Below, in pieces: positions 37,147 to 49,800 of a stretch of 50,522 nucleotides of DNA; position 1 is the first letter of the stretch; every line of letters begins with the position of its first letter. The DNA is from Octopus bimaculoides (Eukaryota), in the NCBI RefSeq assembly GCF_001194135.2, contig NC_068995.1:28526086-28576607 (forward strand), in the 5' to 3' direction. The notes under the pieces were generated by a model. It was not told the origin of the DNA and searched no databases. It saw only the letters and a program-made list of their open reading frames with translations. The translations under genes were made by a program, and so were the position numbers.

Positions 37147-38225
37147 CACAGATTTTTTAATTAATTTTTTTTTTAACTAAACAGTTTGAAACTTCGTATA
37201 CTAGTGGAATGTCTCACGCAGAACACGGTTTACTTTGAACATTTTTGACAAAATTTGGTATTTTAGTAGTTATTTCGTGTTAAAATTGTCGTATTTGGAT
37301 AATTTCAACCAATCAACGACATGTATTCGGTTGAAGAAAGCTACTGCTGTTTGCGATAGTAATCGAAGAGGAACAACTTCCAGGTCACCTCTACTAAATG
37401 TCACCACTCTGTTCTATTCGTATGATCGAGTGAAGATGATGCCACCTTTATCCTTTCTTCCTTTCTAGTCAGCACCGTGCATTCCTTAGTCTTTCCCTCT
37501 CTTCTACACTATCAACTAGCAACCAGCGAGCTAACTTGTCAATCACTACAATTACCGTATTTTCTGGTGTATAAGCCACTATCTGTTTTGTTTTACCTTT
37601 ATGTTTTGATAATGTTATTTTTAATTTAATAAAGACTTTTATATTGACGAAATGTGTTTACAGTATGATAAACAATAACAATACATCTCATAGTTGTAAA
37701 ATAAGGCATTTTGAAACTACATACACGTCAACAACATAAAAGCTAGTTGCGGACTCGTAGCTCTATAGGTCTTTTAAACACCGGTGCGCTTTATGTGTAC
37801 ATAAAAAACCTATGTCGGGCAAAGGAATAAATATATGTAAATAATATTTCTTCCTTCTTGATGTTGATTCTTTGATGTTTAGTGGTTACTCTGATGCGAG
37901 AACAAAAAAAAAAGTGTGTAATATGCAGCACAGGCAGTAAACAAAAAATAAAGTAGAACAGAGTGGTGACATTTAGTAGAGATGACCCGAAAGTTTTTCC
38001 TCTTCGATTACTATTGCAAACAGTAGTAGCTTTCTTCAACCGAATACATGTCGTTGATTGGTTGAAATTACCCAAATACGACAACTATAACACAAAATAA
38101 CTTCCAAAATACCAAATTTCGTAAAAAAAGATGTTGGCAGTAAACCGTGTTCTGCGTGAGACATTCCACCAATATACGAAGTTTCAATCTGTTTAGTTAA
38201 AAAAAAATTAATTAAAAAATCTGTG
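37147..38225. mobile_element. Complete ~1.08-kb MITE with ~275-bp TIRs (CACAGA...TCTGTG)
   Basis: 37147-37425 is the reverse complement of about 37950-38225. Non-coding; no TSD recognised. Confidence 0.88.
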
Positions 38226-38422
38226 ATGCAATGTAACGCTAAACATATACTTTTGGAATGTAAGGACCCTCATTGACAATCCTGAGTAAAACTCACCTAT
38301 ACAAAGAATTGCTTTGATATGTAAAGAACTCCAGAAATATTCTGTTGATACAGCTGCTCTCTTAGAGATTCGACTTGCTGACGATAGGCAGATCTATAAC
38401 GAAGGGGAGTAAATGAGGGTGT

Positions 38423-39000
38423 GTGGATGATATCTACGACTCGAGATTGAAACTGAACTGATAAGCGATGATTTATTCTCCGTTATAAAATACAATGATT
38501 GCTATACATGAAATAAAATAATATAACAGGTTACAGCAGAGATGTGCGAGAGACTTCGTGGCCAGGCTGGATTGTTGATCTGTAGACAAAGTTGACATAT
38601 TGTTTGGTGGCGTGTAGAGGCAGCCGTTGGTCTACAGCAATGATGTAGACAAGCGTCTGGTGGAGATGAAAGCGGAGGCTGGCTGGTGTCAGAAAATCGT
38701 TGCCGGAGACGAGTTGCATGTGGTCAGTGACACGTGCCAAAGACCAAGAAAAGTCGAGAACTGCCGTTCTTATAGGGAACAGTAGGCTCCCAAAAGCTGG
38801 TGATTAATTTCCTGCGTAAGGAAAAATAAACTGTTGCGCCAACGTTACTGGACAGCTTGAAGCCGACCAATACAAACAACAGGTTCGTTTAATCACGAGG
38901 TCATGTGACCTGTTGGAACGAAAGGCCTTGTGGAGCCGATATTGGGGTATTTAAGCCTAGATAAGTCAAAACTAAAACATCTCACACAGTGACAGTATAA
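38423..39000 (-). mobile_element. LTR-like insertion splitting the RTE endonuclease
   Basis: Interrupts DRQIYNEG / AGSYIFFWK. The minus strand ends ...ATCATCCACACA with AATAAA upstream. The other boundary is uncertain. Confidence 0.45.
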
Positions 39001-41399
39001 ATCACTTCTGCTACAGATCCAAAAACCTGCTGGAAGTTATATCTTTTTCTGGAAATGTAGGAAGCCTGAAAATCGTAGGGAAGCAGGTTTTGGATTCACA
39101 ATCCGTAACACTGTAGTCTCTGGGCTGTGTGAGTTGCCCCGCAGTATCCCCGACAGAATCATGACACTCCGTCTCCATCTACGTGGAGGTAGATACCCTG
39201 ATTAGTATCTATGCACCTATCCTCGCGAGTACCGAGGATGACAAGAACCTGTTTTACGAAGATCTCTAAAATCTACTGATATCTGTTCCCAATTTGGACA
39301 AGATTATCTTTCTTGGCGACTTCAGAGCCTGAGTCAGTAAGCACTAGTAGACATGGAATTGCCTTGAATGATTTGGTGATGTAAACGACAACGGTTTACT
39401 CTTGCTCGACCTGTGCACCGAGTGTAAGCTATTTATTTCCTGTACACAATTCTATCACAAAGGAGATAGTGTAACAACATGGATGCTTCCAATATCTAAG
39501 GAATAGCACCTGTTCGATTACTTGACTGCCCGTAAGCGTGACATACAAGATGTTTGCATTGACCGCTCCTTGCTTGATGCAGAGTGCTGGACAGTCACGA
39601 CCTGGTTAGATCGAAGAGGCACTTGACCATTAAGTGTCCTGTTTGGTCACGCGTGACAGTCAGCTTCCCAAACGTCACAATTCCACTCCCTATATACACA
39701 GGCCTGCAAGACAGACTCTACAAAGTAAAGTATTCCAATCTATGGAAGGAAACCCGTGATCAAATCTTCAATGCTACAAAGGACGTAGTTGGCACAGTTA
39801 TCTCCAAATCGCGGGACTGGTTTGATGAAAATGATCAAACAATAAGCGCGATTACGAAACTACTTCTTGCAGAAAAATCTATCAGCGGCATTCAGAAGAC
39901 AACTAAACTATGAGATTAAGCAAGCTAAGATTGGTGCACGGTGCTCTCTGTGGAAAATGCAGGATACCTGGTGGTCAAAGCAGAGATGCAAGCTGCTGAT
40001 GATTAAAAAAACAGCAAAGAGCTATACGGCCTAATAATGTAAGTTTTGGGGCCTCTTGCAGCAAGAATCACACTTCTGAGGATTACAAAGGCGTACACAC
40101 AACTATGGACAAAATCCTCAGTCAATGGAACGAACACTTTTTAGAAATCCTAAACAGACTCTCATGTGGTTGCAGCAGTTTTAGATACGATAGATCATTA
40201 ACTCATAGCCTAGGTAATGAATGTGCTAGCCTCCCTGGAAGAGTTACGTAATTCCATTGCTAAGCTAAATCTCGAAAAAGCTGGTGAAGATGGACTCAAT
40301 GAAATCCTTCGGTTTGGAGGGAACCGTTTGACCAATGCTATGTATTATGTTATTTCAGATAACTGGAAAGCTGGATGAGTTCCAAAGAAGCGGAGAGATG
40401 CTATTATGATTCCTCTGTACAAGGGCAAATGTGCCCTTGACTCTTCTATGCATAGCCGGAAAGATCTTGTCTGGTATAATCCTGTCCAGACTGAACTTCC
40501 ATATCTCTATCAGAGTTCTCCCAGAATCACAGTGCAGCTTTAGATAAAACAGAGGAACTGCAGACATAATATTTACAGCACACCATATCCAAGAAAAATG
40601 TGTAGGACAGGGCCAGTTCTCATATCAGGTCTTTGTCGATCTTACAAAGGTCTTTGATATGGTCAACAGAAAAGAATTCTAGATTATTCTTGGAAAGCTG
40701 GGCTGTCCCCAGCACTTTATCAACTTAGTCAAGTCCTTCCATACACTAATTTGGTTGCACTAATTTTGTTCACCATCTTCGTTGCTACTCTTATTGACGC
40801 CTTCAAGAACTGTGCCAAGGTGTGTACGTACGATATCGCTATACAGACAAACTTTTCAGCATACATCGCTTTGCTGCTAAATCGAAAGTTCTTTTGTCCA
40901 CGATCTCCTCTACGCTGATGACTGCGACTTGGTTTAGTACACTGCCGCTAATATCCAGTATTTCATGCACAGGTTGTCCCAGTCGTGCAAAGCTTTTGGT
41001 CTGACAGTCAGATGTTCGGGTTAAATTAGCTGAATTTTCTCTCCTATTTTTCAGGTGCAGCTGGATGTATTGGTGAACAATCAATGTGTTGGAGAGCATA
41101 AAGATTAAAGTTGTGGTTGAGAAAAAGTTAGCTGACATCGAGGACTGGAAGCCGACTGAAATATTGGAAAAGGGTTACTTGTATCATGACGATTCCCGCC
41201 TGGTGTCAAAATGCCAACATTATAGCTTCTGCCCAACGTTTTGAGAACATTGTAAAGAGTGCAAGACGGGATATGGACAGCCGCAACGGAGAATACGAAA
41301 CCGTGATCGACAGAAAGGAACACAGCAAAAAAATCTGACTGTGTCTGTACGCTGGCTTTCATTTAATAACTGATGAACAGGCCTTAAGCTCAATTCAGA

Positions 41400-41900
41400 C
41401 AGCTATGTGAAACAGCTGGAGACTGGTAAAACCTTGGCTGGGGAGGGTTGCTGCTGGAAGGTCACGTGTGGCAGCAGAATTCGGTTCCCAGTAAGTCTCG
41501 GGAGTAGTTGTCAGAGAATTTCTTCACCAGCCCCAATTTCTGACTTCCTAACTCTGCCGATTCTAATCTTATGGAGTACTATGTATGGGGTGCAGTTGAG
41601 AAAACACCAACCGCTCTGCTTGCAACACCAGGGCCAAGATGGTGGCCAAAGTCAAGGAGGTGTTCGAAGATCTTCCCATGGACACAGTGACGAACGTATG
41701 CCCCAGATTCCGGAGCCATCTTGAGGCTGCGATGGAAACTGACGGCTGCTACTTTGAGTAAACGGTTATCTCCCAGCCATAATCTAGTTGCAATTTTTTG
41801 ATTTTTAAAAATACTTTTATTTTTGGATGAGATGTCAGGTTTTGGGGCAGAGAGGATGGACGTTTTTGAAAAATTCCCGAAATCATTAATTTTAGCTGCA
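41400..41900 (+). mobile_element. Tc1/mariner (maT-like) transposase 3' fragment
   Basis: Frameshifted PNS.DLN..D...WG motif followed by KVKEVFEDLPMDTVTNVCPRFRSHLEA. Confidence 0.6.
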
Positions 41901-41959
41901 AACAAATTTTACTGACATCAATGTGCTCGTAATTTTGACAAATAAACATTTGTCAAAAT

Positions 41960-42400
41960 TAAATGTGGAAAACAACGTCCACCATGTGGTATCCGTTTTC
42001 CTAGCTGCATTTCTGAAGGCGTTCTTGGAAGTTGGCCTCCACTCTCACCAGTATTGTTTTGTGCATAGTCCCATGGTTTCAACTGTTGTGCAATGAACAA
42101 TTTGTATGGGTGGAAATGCAGGTCTTCATGCAAAATACGCCTTATCGATCGATTACAGTGGAATGCCTCCGAGCAGAGCGATTCGGAGTCCGTATCAAAG
42201 TTTGTCTGACACGTAACTGTTGTAGGGCAAACACGTGATGCTCTTTCGTCCACAGCACCATGGCTTCATCTGAAAAGAAAAAAGACATGTTAAGACACCA
42301 CGGACCGAATGGTACCTTTTGTACATATGTTCTTGGGGCTGAGTAACAGCCATTTCAAAAACGTCCGTCCTCACTGCTTCACCCTGTACATACATGCATA
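41960..42400 (-). mobile_element. Tc1/mariner transposase 5' fragment
   Basis: SIRRILHEDLHFHPYKLFIAQQLK in ORF 41918-42253. Confidence 0.6.
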
Positions 42401-42879
42401 AAGAATATACAATGAGTTTTCGTCAAGTCACGTAATGTAATAGGTATATACTATGGATGCTCAGTTTGGTTTACCACTAAAACTCCGGCTTGAATTGCAA
42501 CTGAAAAGTTTGGTGTTGAGACTGCCTATCGAAAGCGCCTAGAAGTCGTTTCTCCTTGAGCGAGTAGATATAGATAAAAATGAGAAATGAAGAAGCAAAA
42601 TATTTGGCATGACTCTTACAGCTGTTTCTAGAATAGCCTAGCGTGTGGATCATGATATTGAGTAAGGATTCCATAAGCTAAGTATACTGCCATCAGAGAT
42701 GGGGGAGTCAGAGAAATGTCTTACTCAATATCATGATCCACAAACTTGACTATTCCAGAAAAGCCGTAGGAAGCTGTATATTTTCATATTCTCTATCTAA
42801 ATCAAATGTTCTTTTCAAGTAATACCAAATGTTTTGCTTTTATATTTCTTTAGTTCTATATTTAAGAGATGAGGAATTA

Positions 42880-43018
42880 TGTACACTATTTACTTTATTT
42901 ACATTTGACGGATATTTGTCCTCATCTTGTTTGTTGTTAACACAACGTTTCGGCTGATATACCCTCCAGCCTTGGGGAAAGTTCGAACCTGGGTTTTCAT
43001 TCCTAAGGTATTTTTCGA

Positions 43019-43080
<62 letters not shown>

Positions 43081-43190
43081 TATGTTGTTGATGCTGAAAT
43101 TCCAGTGAAGGAGCCTTGGATTAGAAACCGGTTCTTTCTCTATTAGCAAGAAGTCTTGAAATAAACTGAAAACTGGCATACATACATAAA
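42880..43190 (-). repeat. Penelope-type terminal-repeat relic, (TTA)n, and an uninterrupted copy of the repeat split at 31890
   Basis: Minus strand GGCTG-loop-CAGCC-GAAACGTT at 42944-42971; 43085-43170 matches 31850-31897 joined to 32643-32695. Confidence 0.55.
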
Positions 43191-43887
43191 CACATATATA
43201 TCATGAACTAACTGTTATTTTCTCAGATGCAGTACGATGTTTTGTCAGTGAACAGATCGCAGTTTTAAAGCGATGAAAATATTTTGGCACAAATTAAATT
43301 TAAATATTGAAGTGAATCTAACGGTTTTTTGTGTGTTCTTAAATGGCTTATAAACATTTTCCACGCTGCAATTGTTTTTGTTTCAGCAGACCATCTTAGA
43401 TCAAGTCACTTGGTATGCAAGTACATCTTCGTAAAAAGAAAATAATAATTTGAAAATTTACCAATTTTGGCCAGTATTTTTCGCACCTCGCACTTAAAAA
43501 CTATGGGAGAAGCAATGGCTATCTTTAGGTGCAGGTGTAAGTGTGGACTTAACAAATATCACCGAGAACCAATATCAAGAGTGTGGATGTTGTAGGTAAA
43601 GATTATAAAGTATGTTGGTTTGATGCTGGAGTGAAAACATTGATTGGATGTGTTGCCAATATGTATCAGTTATTGGATGGATAGATTTTGGACACATTTT
43701 TTTCTAATATTACTTCATTTCATGATGCGGGTGGCATGTTAAGAATTGTTTCAAGAATGAAATTAGACGAAAATGCTTATGTTGAAGTTAGAAAATATTA
43801 TTTCTCTTCTGTTATGGGATGTTTTGACATAAAATATTTGTATTAATTTCGTTTATATGCACAATATTTAATTGCTTTATATCATTT

Positions 43888-44115
43888 CTTACACACAAAG
43901 CGGGGAGCTGACAGAATCGTTAGCATGCCAAGCAAAATGCTTTGCGGCATTTCGTCCGTCTTTATGTTCCGAGTTCAAATACTGCCGAAGTCAACTTTGC
44001 CTTTTATCTGTTCGGGGTTGATAAAATAAGTACCAGTTGAACACTGAGGTTGATCCAATCGACTAGCCCCCTCATCCTAAAAAGAAAAAACTGTTGGCTC
44101 TGCGCCAGAATTTGA
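43888..44115 (+). mobile_element. Abundant SINE, CpG-retaining copy
   Basis: GCGGGGAGCTGACAGAATCGTTAGC...GAGTTCAAAT head; many copies in the window. Confidence 0.75.
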
Positions 44116-44159
44116 AACCATTATTTCTTACACACAATCGCATATACAAATTCTAGCAC

Positions 44160-44480
44160 TCATTCGGTCACACCGATGAGGGTTCCAGTTGATCCGATCA
44201 ACGAAACAGTCTGCTCGTGAAATTAATATGCAAGTGGTTGAGCACTCAACAGACAGGCACACCCTTAAAGTAGCTCTCAGGGAGATTCAGCGTGACACAG
44301 AATGTTACAAGGTTGGCCCTTTCAAATACCGGTACTACTTATTCTTGCCACTTGAGTGGAATGGAATCAACGTGAAATAAAGTGCCTTGCTCTAAGACAC
44401 AGCGCACCGCCAGTTTTCAAACTTATGACCATACGATTCTGAACCGAATACCCTAACCACTAAGTTACGCGACTTCACAT
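44160..44480 (-). mobile_element. tRNA-derived SINE
   Basis: tRNA-like head on the minus strand at 44400-44478, followed by (CA)n. Confidence 0.55.
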
Positions 44481-44592
44481 CACATACAAATAAAGACATA
44501 TAAACAGACATAGATAGACACACACACATACTCATACTGACATACTCAGACACATTTACTCGCGGGCACACACACACACTACACGCACACGC

Positions 44593-44649
<57 letters not shown>

Positions 44650-46109
44650 CACGGGTGCTTCTCGGCCAGCTCGAACCAACATATAAAAAAAGCAAAGCAA
44701 AATTTTGTTCAAATTCCACCCTACTATCTTGAAAAAGGAAGGATACATTGGATAATGTAGTCCAAGATACACGTTTGATAAAATAAAAGATAGAATACTA
44801 ACTATTTGAACGTGTTACATCATAGGTTAGATTTACTTGAACAGACCTGGGGATAAAGAGATAATCACATGCACGCACATACACAACAGTATTACCACCG
44901 CCACTACAAGTCACAACTGTCACCACATAATTCAACATCCAAAACAACTAATTCCACTGATACCACCACCAACACCGTAGATGCAGCAAATCGTCTATTA
45001 CCACCACCACCACCACCGCCGCCGCCGCCGCCGCCGCCGCCATAGTGTATGCTGTTACTCCCGTTCATATCCTCCAACATCATTTCAGATACCACCACAA
45101 ACATCACGTCACCACCACTAACAACAATAGCACCCAAGTATCGCCTCTAAATCCACCAGCAGCACCACCAGCACCACAAGCAACAACAACAACAACAAGA
45201 GCAGCAGCAGTGAAATAAGCAGAGAACGGTATTAAATAGTTGAACAGCACAGAAAAGAATTATGATCGGGTGACATTTTTAAATAGTTGGGCGTTGAAAG
45301 ATTGAAAAAGCTGTACCACTTAACAGACCGGTAATCAGATGGTTTGATGGCTTGATAAGAATACAAAATAGCAGTCAGTCTTTAACAATTACAGCTTCAT
45401 TTATTATACTTAAAGATTAAAAAAAAATCCCTTTATTTTAACATGTTGATGACGATCATATACTGCTGACAGAGCCATAGTAGTATAGTGAATGAATGAA
45501 TAATTTATTTATATTTCAGATTGTTTTAAGGTAACCTTTATATCCAACTAAACGTGAATGTCTCGTTAGAACAGCCTTGAGAGACCCTCTCATATAAGCG
45601 TTTGGTACATAAAAACCACACACGTAAATCGTAACAGACGAGAATCATATACATATATGCGTGTGTGTGTGTGTGTGCGTGCGTGTGTGTGTGTGTATTT
45701 ATAGATGTTTCGGTGCATGTATATAGGTATACTTAAGTGTATGTGTCTGTATGTGTATATATATGAAGACATACATCTGTGAACATCACTCCCCCTCTCT
45801 CTGTGTGTATATATATGAAGACATACATCTGTGAACATCTCTCCCCCTCTCTCTCTATCTATGCACACAGACACAGACGCTACTATCTGTAACACGACGT
45901 TCCAGTCCACTGCCCTTCTTTGTTTTGGCATGAAAATCGTAAATTGCCAGTCTGGCTAAAATCTTTATTGACCCTAATAAATGCTTTCCTAAATAAAGCT
46001 GCACTTCATGTTTGTAGCTCCGATGACACACAAGCATTTAACTATGTGTGCATAGCCGTTAGCTAATAAAATTCATGACACAATTTCTTTTCCATTATCA
46101 TTTTAACAT

Positions 46110-46148
<39 letters not shown>

Positions 46149-46179
46149 ATGGAACAAAAACGCAATAGAGGGCATTAAA

Positions 46180-46505
46180 ACGTTCGGAGAGATAGATGAC
46201 ACAAAGAGAAACAACAATTAGAAGGACAGGCAAAAAAGACGGGTCATTCTTGGCTTTCTTTCTTAGTCAAGTACCAGAAGTCACGACAATTTCGGAGAGT
46301 TACACTTGAGATGGCTCGATCTGGTTGTCCCCCCAAAACTCCCCTTTGTAAGAAAGCTAGCGAATGTGTACGGCAAAAAAAAAAAACAAAAACAAACAAA
46401 CACACAAAAAAAACCCGGAAAACATCGTACAGAATTACGAATACAAATAAAAAAAAATAACAACAGGCGTCTTTCGACTGAGAACGATTCAAATTGAGCT
46501 GGCGT
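46180..46505 (-). repeat. Fourth copy of the 21.6-22.9 kb pseudo-LTR family
   Basis: GACGGGTCATTC and GTCTTTCGACT segments match 21765-22005 in reverse. Confidence 0.65.
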
Positions 46506-46864
46506 AAGGTATTTTAGTCGATTATAGGCTCAAGACCAACACAGGGAAGATTCTGAGTGTAGAGAAGTATTAACAATAACACAGATGGGTTGAAGTTCAC
46601 TACAGCTGTTTCAGGACGTGATCTTTATTGATGAACAAAATAATTACATCATGTAAAATAACCCCGTTTTCTTCAAGTGAATTAAGAGTAAAATTTAACA
46701 TTTAGGATTTTTCACACAAATAGTATATCTTGGTTAAAGCTGAGAGAGCTGTTATTATTTATATATATATTTATATATACACACATATGTAAGTGTGTGT
46801 GTGTGTGAAGCCGCATGGCTCAGTGGTTATAATAATAAAAGCCTTGATTTAGTACCAGGTACTG

Positions 46865-47362
46865 GCTCTCACGGCTTCCGATCTTAACTGATTGCAAGTG
46901 TTATCATGTACATGATTTGTCTTGGTGTAAAAGATGGGCTACAGCAAACATTCTGCTCAGTGCCAGTTGCTTGACCTTAACCAGTTTAGCATGTCCCTTG
47001 ATGGCTGACGATATCTGCATCTCTAATCACGAGCAGAAGTAGTGGGGAAGCATCATAAACATGTGTTGAGAGGAATTATTTGCAGTGGGAATAATTCACT
47101 TCTGGAAACATGGATGTTTCATTCAGCATCCTTAAACAACCCTTATTCAAGGAATTTTTGAGCAGGATTAGCAACTCGACCTGAAGAAAATGCGCTGTTT
47201 ATCTTGATATGAAATTATTATGTCGCGCATATATGGTTGTGCTTGGTATACTCTTATCAGACGGGTAGTCACGATGGTTATATTGGGTTTGGTATATTTT
47301 ACCCCAGTGTCACTTTGATGGCATGCACTGCTCTCCAACTCAATAACAACAACAATAACAAA

Positions 47363-47399
<37 letters not shown>

Positions 47400-47400
47400 A
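46865..47400 (+). repeat. ~550-bp interspersed repeat, copy 2
   Basis: Colinear with 8421-8970; (AAC)n/(AAT)n tail. Confidence 0.8.
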
Positions 47401-47429
47401 ATAATAATGTGTATATATATATATATCAT

Positions 47430-47700
47430 TAGAAAAGAAAGGTACACCCTACATAATTAAATGGAAGCTCCTAAAATAACCAGGATCGTACCTCAACGGG
47501 AGCAAACGATGCAAATTTTGCTTGGTCGAAAGAACAAGATTCCTGAAAAAATGGGTTGATCCGGGGACCTTTTTAAACTCCAAAAAAGAGGTGCTTAGTC
47601 AGTGCCCTCGTCAGAGGAAATTCATGTTAGGGCCACGGAATTCCTCGTTTGCCGAGTGGGAAAAGTAACTGGGACCGATCTTAAGGGGATAAATCTTATT
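47430..47700 (+). mobile_element. Penelope-like C-terminal fragment
   Basis: YIIKWKLLK..SYLNGSKRCKFCLVE...FLNSKKEVLSQCP matches the post-GIY-YIG tail of invertebrate PLEs. Confidence 0.65.
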
Positions 47701-47766
47701 ACCAGTAGAATTTCATTCCGGAATTTTTTGTTCAGATGGTGGATAGGTGCTACACGAGAATGCTGA

Positions 47767-47804
<38 letters not shown>

Positions 47805-47859
47805 TCTTTTCGTCTTTTACTTGTTTCAGTCATTTGACTGTGGCCATACTGAAGCACTA

Positions 47860-48920
47860 CATGCTTTTAAGGATTACCATGAAGTAAAATTTTAGTTTTG
47901 TACAGACGGCCGTTTTTAGGTCTACTAAACATAAATAGGCAAAACCTTAGATAAAAAGAAAAAAAATCACCAAGGATGAGATTCTACGTAATTTTCTGTT
48001 TGCTGATGATTGCACTTTGATTTCTCATACATTTGAGGGAATTCAGGAATTATTCGACAGGTGTGCTGGGGCAGCTCGAGCATTTGGGTTGATTATCAGC
48101 ATTAAGAAGACTGAAGTTTTAGTGCAAACAAAGTCTGGGACAGAACATATTCAACATTCGAAAGTAATGGTTGATAATAAACCACTCAAATGGGCCAGGC
48201 CATTTAAATATCTTGGAAGTATAGTAAACTATAAGAGTACTCTTGATGACGAAATCAATGTTAGAATATCTAAAGCTATAATTGTTTTTGGAAAACTTTC
48301 CCATCGTTTGTGAAATGAATACAGCGTCAGTTTGAAAACTAATATATATGTATACAAATCTTGCATTTTGAGTACACTTCTGTATGGGGCAGAAGCACGG
48401 ACATCCTAATACAGACATAAAGAAACTCGAAATCTCTCACATGTGCTCTCTGCACAATATCTGCAGCATGAAGTAAGATACCAAATGTCAAAACTTTAGT
48501 AAAGCAAGATATCTCCAATATCGAAAGCATGCTTTTGGGAATTCAGTGCAGACGGGCAGGACATGTTCGAATACAAGATGATCGCATTCCGTAAATTCTT
48601 ATGTATAGCCAACTAGTAGAGGGATTCCACAGTAAAAGAGGACATATCCTTAAATATAAAGTTAAGTTGAAACAATCACTAAAATCTCAGCAGCTTAAGT
48701 TGACATCTTGGAAAAGTTATTGCCAAGATCGATCTGAGTGGCGTAAAATGTGTCATGATGCATCTAAACAATTTGAGTTGAAGAAACTGAATAATAAAAG
48801 AATTATATCCTGCAATCAACACAAATTTGCCCAATCCCAAGCAAAATCAAAACCGTCAGTGTACCCATTGTGACTTCATAGCAAAATCTATACCTGAACT
48901 CAAATTCAAATTACATTCAT
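47860..48920 (+). mobile_element. RTE/BovB-like LINE 3' fragment
   Basis: FLFADDC, FGLIISIKKTEV, FKYLGS, DDEINVRISKA, TLLYGAE. Confidence 0.85.
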
Positions 48921-49571
48921 GCGTCTGTCGCAAACAGATATAGCTTCTTTTATTTTAAAGCCTTTTTTTAATTTTTAAAATCCTTTCTTTCAAACACTCA
49001 TACGTCGAAATCGACGAGAATGATCAGCCTTCTTCTTCTTCTTCTTCTTCTTCTTCTTCTTCTTCTTCTTCTTCTTCTCCTCCTTCTCCTCCTCCTCCTC
49101 CTCCTCCTCCTCCTCCTCCTTCTTCTTCTTCTTCTTCTTCTTCTTCTTCTTCTTCTTCTTCTTCTTCTTCTTCTTCNNNNNNNNNNNNNNNNNNNNNNNN
49201 NNNNNNNNNNNNNNNNNNNNNNNNNNNNNNNNNNNNNNNNNNNNNNNNNNNNNNNNNNNNNNNNNNNNNNNNNNNNNNNNNNNNNNNNNNNNNNNNNNNN
49301 NNNNNNNNNNNNNNNNNNNNNNNNNNNNNNNNNNNNNNNNNCGTACACACGGAAGTCTATGTTTACTATTATGTCTTAGAGTTCGGGATGGAGTGGCATT
49401 AAGTCTTTAATCATTGGAGGGCTTTTTCATATCATTATGTCGTAGTTTATCATTTCTGTAGTCTCTGATAAAAAAGAACTTTCAGCGCGTGGTATTAACT
49501 GCATCTTCATGTTTCCCCAGTAGTCTTTAGTGAGTGTATGTGTGTGTGAGAAAGAGAGGGGGGAGAAAGAG

Positions 49572-49619
<48 letters not shown>

Positions 49620-49694
49620 AAAAGAGAGACCGAGTGAAAGAACAAAAAATCAAACCCACTTCCATCCCCGTTTCGACAATACATGACAGAATAA

Positions 49695-49800
49695 GCTCAA
49701 TATCAGCAGGTCGTAGATTCGATTCTCGGGCAGGGAACGCGTTGTGTCATTCAGCAAAATACCTTTCACATTTCACTTTGTTTCAGATCATTCAGCTTAA
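49695..49800 (+). mobile_element. SINE head fragment
   Basis: B-box-like GATTCGATTC followed by GCGTTGTGTC..GCAAAA. Confidence 0.4.

Larger units (their letters stand above)
36710..41340 (+). mobile_element. Near full-length decayed RTE/BovB-like LINE with two nested insertions
   Basis: APE WNVRTLIDNPE (about 38255), YIFFWK and ISIYAP (39040-39230), RT LPESQCSFR, VFVDLTKVFD, LLYADD. Assigning 36710-37146 as its 5' region is inference. Confidence 0.75.

Noticed and set aside
42944-42973. Hammerhead half (GGCTG/CAGCC helix, GAAACGTT) on the minus strand
   Set aside because: The CTGATGA core is absent, apparently deleted, so it cannot be active.
45855-46037. Short minus-strand ORF in unique-looking DNA
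   Set aside because: No motif, no supported exon boundaries, and it runs into a microsatellite.
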